From NCBI RefSeq assembly GCF_009914755.1, contig NC_060926.1: 64,000 nucleotides of DNA; one strand, 5' to 3'. The notes under the pieces were generated by a model. That model made no database searches. It was not told the origin of the DNA and saw only the letters and a program-made list of their open reading frames with translations. Position numbers and translations under genes: made by a program. This stretch comes from the human T2T-CHM13v2.0 reference genome, Homo sapiens. Positions 33,263 to 48,964 of the stretch are shown here, piece after piece. Position 1 is the stretch's first letter. Each line of letters starts with the position of its first letter.

Positions 33263-34696
33263 TAACACCACCTCTATCTGGTTCCAAAACATTTTCACCA
33301 CTCTAAAAGGAAATCCCATACTTGCTAAGCCATCAATTCCCATTCTCCCCTCTCTCTGCCCCTGCTAACCACAAATATGCTTTCTGTCTCTGTGGGTTTA
33401 CCTGTTATGGATATTTCATGTAGATGGATCCATATGATATGTGACCTTTTTTGTCTTTCTTCTTTCTCTTAACACAATGTTTTGAGAGTCATCCATATTG
33501 TAGCATGTTTCAGTAACTTTCTTCCTTTTTATGGCTGAATAATATTCCATGATATGTCTATATTACAATCTGTTTATCCATTCTTCTATTGATAAGACAT
33601 CTGGCTGTTTCCACTTTTTTGCTATTGTGAATAGTGCTGCTGTGAACTTGTGTGTACACCAAACTCTTTTTAATATCTAGTCAAATATGGCTCAAATATA
33701 GTTTATGGCCAGAATGCTTATAAATACTTTTGGAAGCAGTTAACTATCTTCCTGAGCTGGATTCAATCAAGACCACTACACTGTTGTCTAATCTCTGACT
33801 TTGTTTATGTCTTTGTTTCTAGTTTTACTACTCAATAAATTGAGAAAGTATATAGAGTATCTCCTAATCCTTGCTGTGTTCCTGTAACCATATAAGTATA
33901 AAACTAAAATCTGACAAAGTCTTTATAGTCAATGTCACATTCAGTCACTTAAGGAACCATTAACATCAGAAAGAGAAAAGACCGTGTTTTACAAAATGTT
34001 TCCAACTGATCAATTACTTACTGGGAAGAAAAGTAGGGTGAAAGTGCCAGGCTATTCAGATCAGTTAGGGTAACAAAGATGTAAATATTTTTCTTCTTTG
34101 AATTGCAATGGTGGGGATCATTTCTCTTCTTCAGTATGTAATAATATAATAAAAACTGTTTTTTCCGCATTATTTTTGTTGTTGTGTCCAGCAGCCCTGT
34201 TGCAAAATCACTCTAAAGGTTGGTATAATTTTCAGAAAAAGCTTCATGCCAATTCCTGCTGCTCAATATCTAAGACATCTGTGATTCTATTCCAGTTTCT
34301 TTGCTTATCCATCCTAAATTATCTGTGTACTGCTTCCATTCTTAGGTTCATTGGCTCAATGTACATTTGCAAGAACTACAGTGGTTGGCCAAAACCAGCT
34401 GTCACATTAACACACATATACACACACACACACATATTCAGTGTTCTCTTTTCTATTGTCTTCATCAATCTAAAGATTTTGGCTTCATGTGGTTTGCTAC
34501 TTTAGAACAATTTCTTTTAAATAACTCTGAGTAAATTCTGACTTGGACTAGGTGCAGGCTTAAAAATGATAAAGAGAAATTTTGCAAACTGACAAAGAGG
34601 ATTGCCTTTATGAGTCACTAAGACCTTTCTACTTTTCTAAAACAATAGACTCCATTATTTCTAGTATAGTACAATTCGCTGCTCTGGGTAGTATAA

Positions 34697-35020
<324 letters not shown>

Positions 35021-35494
35021 TAGTGTTAATTCTTTCAGTCCAATCATAAATGCGTGCTTTTTACTTACACAAAGTGCTGCAGCTGCGACTCTCACTCAGT
35101 GGGGAAAAACAGTTAAATTAGTTCTTTGAATTGAGTTCAATTAAGACTTTATCTCAGATAGACAAAAATGGAACGATCATCTACGTATTAAATAGAGTCC
35201 AAGATCACTTAAGTTCGTAGTAAATTGCCAGCATACGGAGCTTTATATGGTATTTGTGCTTGTGAGAAGCCATGTACTCATGTAATTTTGAAATACTGAA
35301 TCATCTTAAGTATACTAGGGTATCTCAATAACTGCAGAAATGTCATCCTGATATCTCTTATAAAGCAAAGAATCATCAAGAAATGTAAATTATTTCTTAT
35401 TTGATCTGTTTTGCAAAGCTGAATTTTCACACTGGGTTTGTTTCAAAAGTGAAGTACTAATATCTTAAGTAAAACACATATGAGTTAGATGTCT

Positions 35495-35950
<456 letters not shown>

Positions 35951-37248
35951 ATGAAAGTTTGGGGGCATACCTGCCGATGGTAACAAAAAAGACAATATAG
36001 TTCTATAATACTTTACCGTTTCAGATTGTTTTCCCTTGCTTGTTCTTGTGGTGATGAGGTAATGAGGCTGGGGGAGACAGAAAGAAGCAGGAAGAGCCTC
36101 TGAGAGGGGAGGGTTTGAGCCTGGCCGAGGAGACACAGTGAAAATTTGAAGAAACCTTTCCTTGGGATTCTGTCCAGGAGAGCTCTTTGGGGTGTTTGCC
36201 CAGCTTGGGAGCAACTGTGAACATAAGTCTGCATTCACAAAGGAAAGTGCTATCCCCAAGGGGCAATCCTATAAGACTTTGATCTTCATATTTAAGCCAC
36301 CACTCTCTTAATTGACTTAGGACAGTGAAATTCCTTAAGAGAATATCTGTCTTTTCAAACAGAGGAATGAATATTTCAGAGTCTTTTAGTCCCTTTTTAC
36401 TGTTTCTTCCTGGGTTACCCTAGAGAAAGACTTTCTAAAAAAAAAAAAAAGGAATTTTAAATGCTGGAATGGGTCACAAGGAAGGTTGTGAAATCAACAT
36501 AACTGAAATATTTAAAAATAAAATAGCATCCAAGGCCTTTGAGATGGTTAGATAGACACTGTCTAAAAGCAGAATGACAGACCAAAACAGTGTTTAAGTA
36601 CCTCCGCCCAGCAACTCACATAGATAAACGCAATGTTTATGTTTAAAATGAGGCTTTAGCGTCGAGTTCCTAAACATTCTACAGTTTCACGGAAGTGTCT
36701 TTCAAATTTTGTATTTGAATTAGTAGTTTGGTTTGCAAGAGCTACAGTGTAAGAACACTTAATAAAACAAGTATATTTGTACATTCAAGATGATTCTTAT
36801 TAGAAATCAAGATTTCCTTTTATGTCTTTTTAAAAATCCAATTACTCTTTGTGTGTTTTTTATGTGTTTTAGGATTATAAATATAATTTATTTCTAAAGT
36901 ATGAGTGTCATATGACAGAGAAGGATGGAATCTTAATGAATTATACATAAATAAGGAAAAATATTCTTAAATTTCTTTGCCGTTAAAGTTCTTTCTTACA
37001 TTCATTTGTTTCAAGTTGTAGATGCTTTAATTTACCTATGGAAAGAGACTCAAGTTAATAAGTTACTCTTAAATTACAAAGTATGCAAATTTAGCAGACT
37101 TTGATCAAGGCTGTTTTATACGTTTTATAAACTTGATCCACTTTATGAGACTAAAAACAACTTATTATGGAAAACATATTTTTTACATATGTCAAATGCC
37201 TTCCTATAACTTTAAGAATATTCTGTAATGCATTCAGTCTGGTGGAGG

Positions 37249-37385
37249 TTTTTTTGTTTGTTTTTTTTTGAAGTGGGTTCTTGCTACGTTACCCAGGCTG
37301 GTCTTAAATACCTGTGCTCAACCCATCCTCCCATCTTAGCCTCCCAAATAACAGGGACTACAGGAGTGCACCATTGAGCCAAGCT
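37249..37385 (-). mobile_element. FLAM-like Alu monomer
   Basis: Single ~130-bp left-arm-type unit after poly-T. Confidence 0.75.
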
Positions 37386-37502
37386 TCGTCCTGATTTTTT
37401 GAATCAAATTAATTAAAATAGCAAACAACAATATACAATTAGTGACATTGCTATTTATTAAAATTAAATGTAAGGTGATTAAGTGTTAAAAGAAACGTCT
37501 TA

Positions 37503-37801
<299 letters not shown>

Positions 37802-38995
37802 TTAAGATATCTTGCATGTCATATCTCCTAAAATTTTATAGTGTGTATTTGATAACATATTTAGAAAATGGTAAGAACTTTAGTGGCTAAAAATATTAAA
37901 ATAGATGAGGTGATTCTATTTTTGTATGAGTAAGCAAATGTTGAGAATTCTGTTTGATAATATATACACTAATCAATTTATAATTCCATATATAACTATG
38001 TAGATATATATGTATAAAGATTTTTTAAAAACAGTCTCAGTTTGCACATGATGTTGACATACTACAGTCCCCGACAGGGAAGAGTGAATATTATTTTTAT
38101 ATATATATACAAAATGTCAATATATAGTATATATTTGTATGTATATTCGTCCTCCCCAAAACATACAGATACACACACCACAAATCTGCCAAAGTAAAGA
38201 AAAATTAATAGGCCCATGAATCCTGGACTATTTTTCAACAATACTTGCTTTAAAATAGAACTCATTCATCAATTAAAAAATTAAAACAAAACTATTAATC
38301 CAAGAAGTGCTCAGTGAGCATAAATCCCTGTTAACTATGTACAAAATGTGGGAATTCAAATTAGATGTAAAAGTATTTATTAAGGAAGGCTACCACTTTG
38401 AGTAGGTCTAGCATTTGACTTAAAATCATAAACTAATTATTTTGTATATCAAAAGAGTTCCAATTAGTGAATGTGCCAGTTGAACTTTCTTGGCCTGTTG
38501 TGACATTATCCATTTGCCTGACGTCTTTCTGAAAGCAGTTATTTTATTCATTCAGCTCTTATATTGGGCTAGGTTCTTATACACTGTTTTTGCTCCACAA
38601 AATAAAAGGGACATTTAGCACATGACCGGTCTTTGTTTCTTAATTTGAGGCACAAAGAAATTTAGTGTCTATAATCTCACCATTTAGATTTCACCCCTCT
38701 CTGTCCTCCTCTCATCATTTAGCAGTATTCTCAAGAAGAACCCACTGTTAAAAAATTTGGTGCATACAAATTCTTTTCCATTTTCTCCATTTACACAGCT
38801 AATCAATCTATATATACAGTTTTTACAAAAATGGATCAGGCTATCCATACTGATCTGTGACACGCTTTTCCCCCTTATACATCTGAACATCTTTCTATAT
38901 CATCATACATAGATTTCCTCACTTTCAATGACTGCATTGCATCCCACTATGTGGCTGTATTGTAATTTACGCAGGCATCCTCCATTGATATTTAA

Positions 38996-39330
<335 letters not shown>

Positions 39331-39739
39331 TTTTTTTTTTTTTTCTTTCACGCTACTGACAACACTGTTTGAGGGAGCATTATGTGGCTTTATGTGTTTG
39401 TGGTAACATTTATATAAGACAGATTCCTCCAGAGACAAGTTCTTGCTAAGGTCACCATGATCAGCATGTTAAAGCCAATGGGACATTTCTTATCTTTAAC
39501 ACATACTTGACCATCCTCTCTGTTCCTTGGAATCTTTTGCTTTTCCTCATACCATTTTTGCTGCTGCTTCTCAGTCTACTTTGCTCCCACCTCTTCCACA
39601 ATGCAACTTCCTCCAGTTTTGCCTCAGCACTCTTCTCTTTGCATATTATATTCTAACTCTAGACAACCTCATCAATGCCTGAGGCTTCAGTTACCATGTA
39701 AACTAGAATGGCACATATATTTGTATCTTCATCCTAGAC

Positions 39740-40101
39740 TGATATGCTTTGGTTGTGTCCCCACCCAAATCTCATCTTGAATTGTAGCTCCCATAATCTG
39801 CATGTGCCATGAGAGGGACCTCATGGGAGGTAATTGAATTGTGGGGGTGGGTTTTTCCCATGCTGTTCTCATGATAGTGAATAAGTCTCAAGAGAGCTGA
39901 TGGTTTTATAAAGGGCAGTTCTACACATGCTGTCTTGCCCACCGCCATGGAAGATGTGCCTTTGCTTCTCCTTCACCTTCTGCCATGATTGTGAGGCCTT
40001 CTTAGCCATGTGGAAATGTGAGTCGATAAAATCTCTTTTTCTTTATAAATTACCCAGTCCCAGGTATGTCTTTATTAGCAGCATGAGAACAGACTAATAC
40101 A
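39740..40101 (+). mobile_element. THE1B-like MaLR solo LTR
   Basis: tgatatgctttggttgtgtccccacccaaatctcatcttgaattgtagctccc...gagaacagactaataca; TSD tagac/tacac. Confidence 0.9.
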
Positions 40102-40374
40102 TACACGAAGACTCTGTATTCCACAACCATGAAGAGTGAAACACATCTGTTAACTTTTAAAATTACTTTTGATTTATTTTTCCACTCCATACCTCTCTTC
40201 ATGACCCCTGACCCATAAATCCTCCTGCCACAAACTCATTATATCTAAAACTAAACTCATAATACCATCAAACCCAGTCCTCCTCAGTATTTCTATCTTA
40301 GTCAGTGGTACTGCCATTCAAACAGTTGTACAAGCAGAAATAAATACCCTTATAAAATTAATCACCCAGCATAG

Positions 40375-40707
<333 letters not shown>

Positions 40708-41159
40708 ACCCCTAAATATTTCTTTGGTCCATCCACTTTCCCCATCTCCACTGCTACCCAACTAAGTCATGCTGTTACCATCACTCACCATTGTAATATC
40801 TCCCTAGTTGAGCTCTGTCACTCACTCTTATCTACTCTAATAGAGTTTCCATCTATAGCCAGATTGACTTTCCCACCTTACTTTCTGCTTTTCAGCCACA
40901 CCAGCTTTCTTTCAATTCCTCCAATGTTCTCCCATGCTCCCTCCATCTGCAGAACATCATTGTTTACTTCAAGGTTCAAGTAATATCAATGAAAATACAG
41001 GCAAGGCTTCTGTTCTGAATGGTGCTTACTTCTAGTGGAGCAGGAGAAGACATACAAAAGACAAACACAAAAATAAATATGCAAGACAAGTATCAGATAG
41101 TGATCACTGTAAATTACTATGCTGAGAATATATTGAAGCTGATACAAGAGAAAATGATT

Positions 41160-41559
<400 letters not shown>

Positions 41560-44234
41560 TTATGAAAAAGTAGCCAGCCATGCAGAGATGATGGGGAAGA
41601 GCATTCAGACAAAGGGAACAGAAAATGCAGACTCTCATATGGGAATAAGCTTGGCTTGCTGGACCTGTGTAATAGGTGGATGTGGTGAGATCGAGGAAAT
41701 GCTTCTATATGCTGTTCTTTCTGTCTGGAATGTATGTTTCCCCTCCTTTACACCCACTTTACTCCTACACTTTTCCCTTTTGCTCTGCTTATTCCTACTC
41801 ATTCTTTGATCGCACTTCCACAGGGAATTCTTTCCTGACTCTGCAGACTTGATCAGTCCCCTCATGTGCATGTATTATGCATTTTCCTTCATAAAATACA
41901 TCACAATTGTAGTTTAGTAACATCAGTCTCTTTGGTGATTTGATTCATTTTTCTATCTCCTTCATGAAAACTTGCTCCATGAGGGTCTGGACCAATCTCC
42001 TTGCTCAATATGGTTTTTCTGGTTTTTAACTTGATAAGTATTTGTTAAAGTGGGATTGTTAGGTCAAAGGTATGTGCCTTTTAAATTTCAATAGATATTG
42101 CCAAATTACTTTCTCCCAAATGTGTACTGCTTTACATTTCCATTAATCATTTATGAAAACACTCATTTCCTCTCATTCCCACCAGTCCTGTACATTGGCA
42201 TTCTGTTTGATTTCACCACTTTAGTAAATCGTCATTTGCATTTTTTCTTCTTGAGCACCTACATTTTGGAAAAATTTAATTATATTAGCTCAGGTTCATA
42301 CCAGACATTTTAGGCCTAAATTAAATGTGTTCATTTGGGGAATGCTTTCCTCCTATCTAACTCTCCAGTTTGCATGTGACATACTGAATACTCCTTGTTT
42401 GGAAATTTCTGTACTGTAAACTATATGCTACTTTGGCAGTCATGCTCTATACAGCTAGGAGAGGTTAGGTGCCAGTGAAAGACAGGTGGGTTCTGGGCAT
42501 CCAAATGAGAAGGATGCAATAAATAAAAAGGAGAATCAGAGAAAGGGATGAGTCAGAGTTAGGAATGAGCAGAGTCTTGTAAGACTGGAGCCAAGGTAGG
42601 ATCTGATGGTATAAAAGATCTTGAGCAAAGTGTTCCGGAGATCTTGATAGCACCTTAAGAACTTTGTAGGGCCCTTATTTCTTCAGTGCCTAGGAGAATG
42701 TAGAGCACAGACATAAGATGGAATTAGAAAGAGAAAGTAGATTTGTTGGGCAGTAAGACAATATAGAACCCAGATCTGAAAAGCTTGGATTGAGGAAATT
42801 GGGCAAGTAAATCTAATACCAAGGACCACTAAGATCTTGCCCATTTGGACAAACTTGGACCTAGATATTCATAAATGTACCCTAGTAGATCCTCAGTCTT
42901 GAATAAGGTGGTGTTCTTGCAAAGAAATAGTACATTCTCTTTTAAGAAGGGACCTGGGAGGCATTGGGGGAAGGGTTCTGTTTTTAGCATCTTAGCCCAT
43001 GAGTACAAAGCCATAGGGCCGTGGGTGGTGACGGTAGGAGATGTCAGCAAAGGTAGTCATTGCTGGGGACTTGGGCATAAGGCATGCACAATCATGGTTG
43101 TACTTATGGTCATAAGAAATAGAGATCTCAGATGCTGGAAAAGGAACCCAGAGCTGCAACAGTAGTAATTGAGTCTCTAGAACCCTAGGCTGGTAATGAA
43201 CTTAATAATATTAAGTCCTAACAGACTGGGGGCAGGGAAGAAGTAGAGGGGGGCAGGATTTTTTTTTTTTAATTTGCTTAAGAACCGAGACAAGGCCTAA
43301 GCAAATTGTGGACCAATCTACAGAAAGCTGAGGGATGAAGGCAGAGAGAAATGAGGTGGAGTCTAACAATGGCCAAGCCTGGAGATTCATCATAGTCTGC
43401 CCCAATGTTTTCTATCACCTCAGCCTTCACTATGGGCTGGAGCAATTTTATAATTAATTTTTGCAGGATGTAACAGTTTCTTGTGCTGAGCTATGTATAT
43501 GAAGAAATGATCTCCTTAGGAACATTCAGTCCTAGAATTCTGAAATGGGGTGAATGCTGAAAAGGGATAAAATGGGGCCCTCGAGTACTGAGGGTGTATG
43601 AAGTTTGGTTAGTCCTTTCATTTCCCCATTGTCTGGTGAATATTTCAGTGTACAGTTTCTAGTGCATTGTCCAGGCTGGTTTTCAATGCTTCATTTAATA
43701 TGGATTTATTTTCCCTGGCAGAAGATACCTTACTATTAAATAAGTCTCACTACTAGGAAGTCAGATAGGCTCCCTACATTTTCCCATTTTGTTTCACCTC
43801 ATTACTTGTAACTCATAATAGTAAATAATTCCTCTCCCAGCATGGTACTTTGAAATAAGCACTATCGTATTTTGACAAAGCTCGGTAAGATTTTCTATTG
43901 TGTTCCAGTCCCATATTTTACGTACAATCTCTCCTGATTCCAATTATTACAACCAATTTGAGTCAGCATAACATACTTCAGCCCTCACTATCTGTTCTAC
44001 CTAGATGAATGTTTGTAAATGTCTCACCTTTAGAATATAATAAAAAGCCCTTTGAATATCTTTGGAATTATTGGTGTTGTAAATGAGGAAAAACATCTGT
44101 TTAACATGTTTTTATGCATGTTCAGAAATGGGAGAGTTCTAGTGAATTTTGACTCTTTAAAAAAATGCCAACAGCAATAACAACAATAAAAAATTTTTAA
44201 ACATGCTCCCAGAAAATTAATTGGCCTGGCTGTC

Positions 44235-44501
44235 TTTTTTTTTTTTTTTTTTTTTTTTTTTTGGAGTGCAGTGGTACAATCTCAGCTCACTGCAGGGTTC
44301 AAGTGATTCTTGTGCCTCGGCCTTCTGAGTAGTTGGCACTACAGGCATGTACCACCATGCCCTGCTAATTTTTATATTTTTAGTAGAGACACAGTTTCAC
44401 CATCTTGTCCATGCTGGTCTCAAATTCCTGACCTCAAGTGATCTGCCCGCCTCGGCCTCCCAGAGTGCTTGGATTATAGGCGTGAGCCACCACACCTGGC
44501 C
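44235..44501 (-). mobile_element. Alu with internal deletions
   Basis: Poly-T runs directly into ggagtgcagtgg; remainder is reverse Alu. Confidence 0.88.
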
Positions 44502-45140
44502 AGCTGTCCTGCTTTTGCTGATGAAGACAAATATAATCTTCCTATTAGGCTTTCTATTCAAATTGAGCCAGTGTAATTTTCAGTGTATCTTAGTAGCAGC
44601 AAGAATATTTCACATATAGCTAATTTTTAAAGAGGGAATTGATAAATAATATTTTCCTACAAGAAAAAAAATCAGATCTCTAAATATGAGAACTCATTGT
44701 CAGGGCAAAAAAGCTAGCCAATTGCTGAACAAAAGCTGGCTGCTGTGTAGGCAGTTTAGTTGGCAGTCCTATCACTACCTGCTATGTGTATTTGTGTCCA
44801 GATGGCCAAAATGCCAAGCAAATCCTTAAAGCACAGGTGGTGTTGAGATGCTGATTATGCATGGGAGATTGTGGGTGAGCACCCACCTTCCACAGCAGGT
44901 AGGCTCTCTAAGTGAACCCTGGCAACCCATAGAGTCATTGCTATCCATGTGTGGGTGGTGATAGATGATGCTGAATTAGGGGATCCTTGGGTAAGGAACA
45001 AGGCAACTGAGTGAAGAGACACTTTCCTTCCCTGATCTGAGATAATGTTTCTCAAGGTGTGGTCTATGGACCACCTGAATTGTTATAATCTGGGTGCCTA
45101 TTAAAATTGCTAGGTGAGTCCGGTCCTATTTCTGACTTAA

Positions 45141-46151
<1,011 letters not shown>

Positions 46152-46570
46152 CAAGATACCTTTTTAAACAAGTTCTCAGGCTGATTCTTCTGAGCACTAT
46201 ATTTAAGAACCATTGATTTGACATTAATTGGATAACGCATGCAGACACATGCTTATGAAATTTAAAGAAAGCACAAAGGCCCATCTGTCCATTGGCACAG
46301 GATACCTAACTAGGTGCCTAATCACATAGCTTTCTCTGGCTACTGATGATCTTTCCCAAATAGTAAATTCCCTCAATATTTTCATATATACGATGCAACC
46401 TATGGCAACTACACAATTGGATTTTCTAGGACAGTTCCAACTTAATGTCGGTTCATTCTTTTCAATTAGAGAAAAATATTTTAATATTAAATCATGTATT
46501 TGGAAAATCTCATTTACCCCTGCTTTTTCCGTATCATCCAAGTATTAATAGTATCAAGAACACTCTATAA

Positions 46571-46885
46571 GGCTGAGTGCAGTGGCTCAGGCCTGTAATC
46601 CCAGCACTTTGGGAGGACAAGGAGGAAGGATCACTTGAGGTCAGGAGTTTGAAACCAGCCTGGGCACCATAGTGAGACTTTGTCTCTACTAAAAAAAAAA
46701 AAAAAAAAAATAAAGAAATTAGTAGGATGTGGTGACTCATACCTGTAGTCCCAGCTACTTGGGAGGCTGAGGTGGGGGAAGATCAGTTGAGCCCAGGAGA
46801 TTGAGGCTGTAGTGAACCATGATCATGCCACTGTACCCCAGGCTGGGCAACAGAATGAGTACCTGTCTAAAAAAAAAAAAAAAAA
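46571..46885 (+). mobile_element. AluJ-like
   Basis: Full dimer; TSD aagaacactctata / aagaacaccctata. Confidence 0.92.
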
Positions 46886-47580
46886 GAACACCCTATATCT
46901 ATATGGACTCTTCTCTAGATTGAGGTGTCACAGCAATTAGTGGAATTCCTGGTTTTCAGGTTTTAAGAAGTTGTTATAAATACATAATAGAAACAATAGT
47001 CTAAAAGCCAAAGCATTTTTTAGTTGCATGAAAGAGAATCAGAGAAAAAGAAGTGTTGTTTTGTGGATTGTTTTTAATCCAAAAACAAAATTTTGAATAT
47101 CAAGAGTCAAGCTTAGTAAGTGGCAGTGACAAGATTCAAACCCAGATCTGTAATTGCAAAGGCTAAGCTCTTGAAGTCAACGTTCTGCCTGCATCTCTCT
47201 TTTGCTTGCTTTCTATCGCAGTGTGGTCTGTGCTAAGGTATATCAGACTCTTACTACTTTTTGCAGGGTTTTTTTTTTTTTCAATTTCTGTTTGTTTCAA
47301 TTTCCAGGTTTTCCTGAAACATCTCTCACAAATCACTTACCTTCCCAGTAATTACCTCTATTTGCCTATCAATAATGAGGGCCCTGTGTTTTCTGGCCAA
47401 CAGCATTTTCATTCTGTTTATATTGCCGATGGAACTGGAGTTTATTTTTGTTCCTTCTGGAGGGAAAAGTAAGTTCATGATTGAAATCTGAGCTGAAAAT
47501 GGATCCCCCATTGGGTAAAATATCGATACTACTTTACTGCAATCCCATTTGGAATCTTCCTAGGTGTTCCATAGACCTAG

Positions 47581-47942
47581 TGCTATGGTCTGAATGTTGA
47601 TGTTCCCCCAAAATTCATTTGTTGACATCCCAGCCCCCAAAGTGATCGTATTAGGAGGTAGGGACCTCTAGGAGGTGATTACATTGTGAAAGCACAGCCT
47701 TCATGATTGGGTTAGGGCCTTTATAAAAGAGACTACAGAGAACCAGCTAGTCCCTTCCAGTATGTGAGGACACAGGGAGAATGTGCCATCTATGAGAAGG
47801 TGAATCCTCACCAGAACCCGACCATGTTGGCACTCTGATCTGGGCCTTCCCAACCTCCAGAACTCTGAGAAGTAAATTTCTATTGTTTATAAGCTATCTA
47901 GTCTGTGGTCTTTTGTTATAGCAGCCCAAACAGACTAAGACA
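47581..47942 (+). mobile_element. MLT1A-like MaLR solo LTR
   Basis: tgctatggtctgaatgttgatgttcccccaaaattc...gttatagcagcccaaacagactaagaca. Confidence 0.85.
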
Positions 47943-47999
47943 TCTGGCTGTAGAAATTCTGGGATATTATTATAAACAATTTCATACCCTATGTGATGA

Positions 48000-48964
48000 A
48001 GCCTGTTCTAATTATTTGCCACTATAGATAACTACCTAAACAGTCAATGACTTAAAAAATACTTTATTCTCATATCTTCAATTTTGTGGATTTTAGGGGT
48101 TCGGCTGGGCAATTCTAACTTGGAGTCTCTTATGCAGTTCATATTAGATGTTGGCTGAGGCTGGAGTCATCCAAGAACACAATTGGCAGTACAAGAGAGG
48201 TTCTTCACTCATGTCTCGTACCTGGGCTGAGATGGCTTGAATAGCTGGGGGCGGCCTGGGCATATCTCTCCATGTGGTCTCTCCATGTGGCCTCTCCATG
48301 TGGCTAGGTTGGGTTTCCTTACAGCATGGAAATTTCAGGGTAGTGAGAGTCCATATATAGTAGCTGTCTTTCCCTGGAGTGAACATTCCAAGAGACCAAG
48401 GTGAAAACTGCAAGGCTTCTTCTGACCCTGCATTGGAAACCATGCAAAATCACTCTCACTGCATTCTGTTGATCCTGTGATAACTAATGGATTTTAAGAG
48501 AACAGACTACAAAGAGGAATGAATACTGGGAGGCATGGTTCATTAGGAAACTGCTATGGTTTGAATATGGCCCCCCAAGTCTATGTGTTAGAAATAAATC
48601 CCCAGTGCAGCTGTGTTGAAAGGTGGAACCTTTAAGAGGTGATTATATCATGAAGGCTCTGCCCTATGAATGGATTAATGTCATTATCGCAAAGGTGGGT
48701 TCATTATTGAGGGGAGTGGGCTCCTGACATAAGGGTAAGTTGGGGTCAATCTCTGCTCTTGCTAGTGCTCACACTTCTGCCTTTTGTCTTTTGCCCTGGG
48801 ATGACCCTTGCGAGATGCTGGTGCCATGCTCTTAGACTTCCCAGCCTCTAGAACTGTGAGCCAAATAAACCTCTATTGTTTATAAATTACCCAGCCTGTG
48901 ATATTCTGTTACAGCCTCAGTAAAAAGACTAAGATAGAGACCATTTTTAGAGAATAGCTACCAC
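48000..48964 (-). mobile_element. Old MLT1 (G/H-like) LTR interrupted by an MST LTR
   Basis: ctccatgtggctaggttgggtttccttacagcatgg...gaatgaatactgggaggcatggttcatt...agctaccaca. Confidence 0.65.
48552..48934 (+). mobile_element. MST-like MaLR solo LTR
   Basis: tgctatggtttgaatatggcccccc...aaattacccagcctgtgatattctgttacagc...gactaagata; TSD gaaac/gagac. Confidence 0.82.

Larger units (their letters stand above)
32690..33660 (-). mobile_element. L1MB/ME 3' UTR fragment containing nested Alus
   Basis: ttttattgaggtaaagttcatataacataaaattaccatttt...gctattgtgaatagtgctgctgtgaac. Confidence 0.75.

Noticed and set aside
34098-34505. 135-aa non-repeat ORF
   Set aside because: Starts at TTG, runs through a (CA)n tract, has low-complexity hydrophobic composition and no recognisable domain
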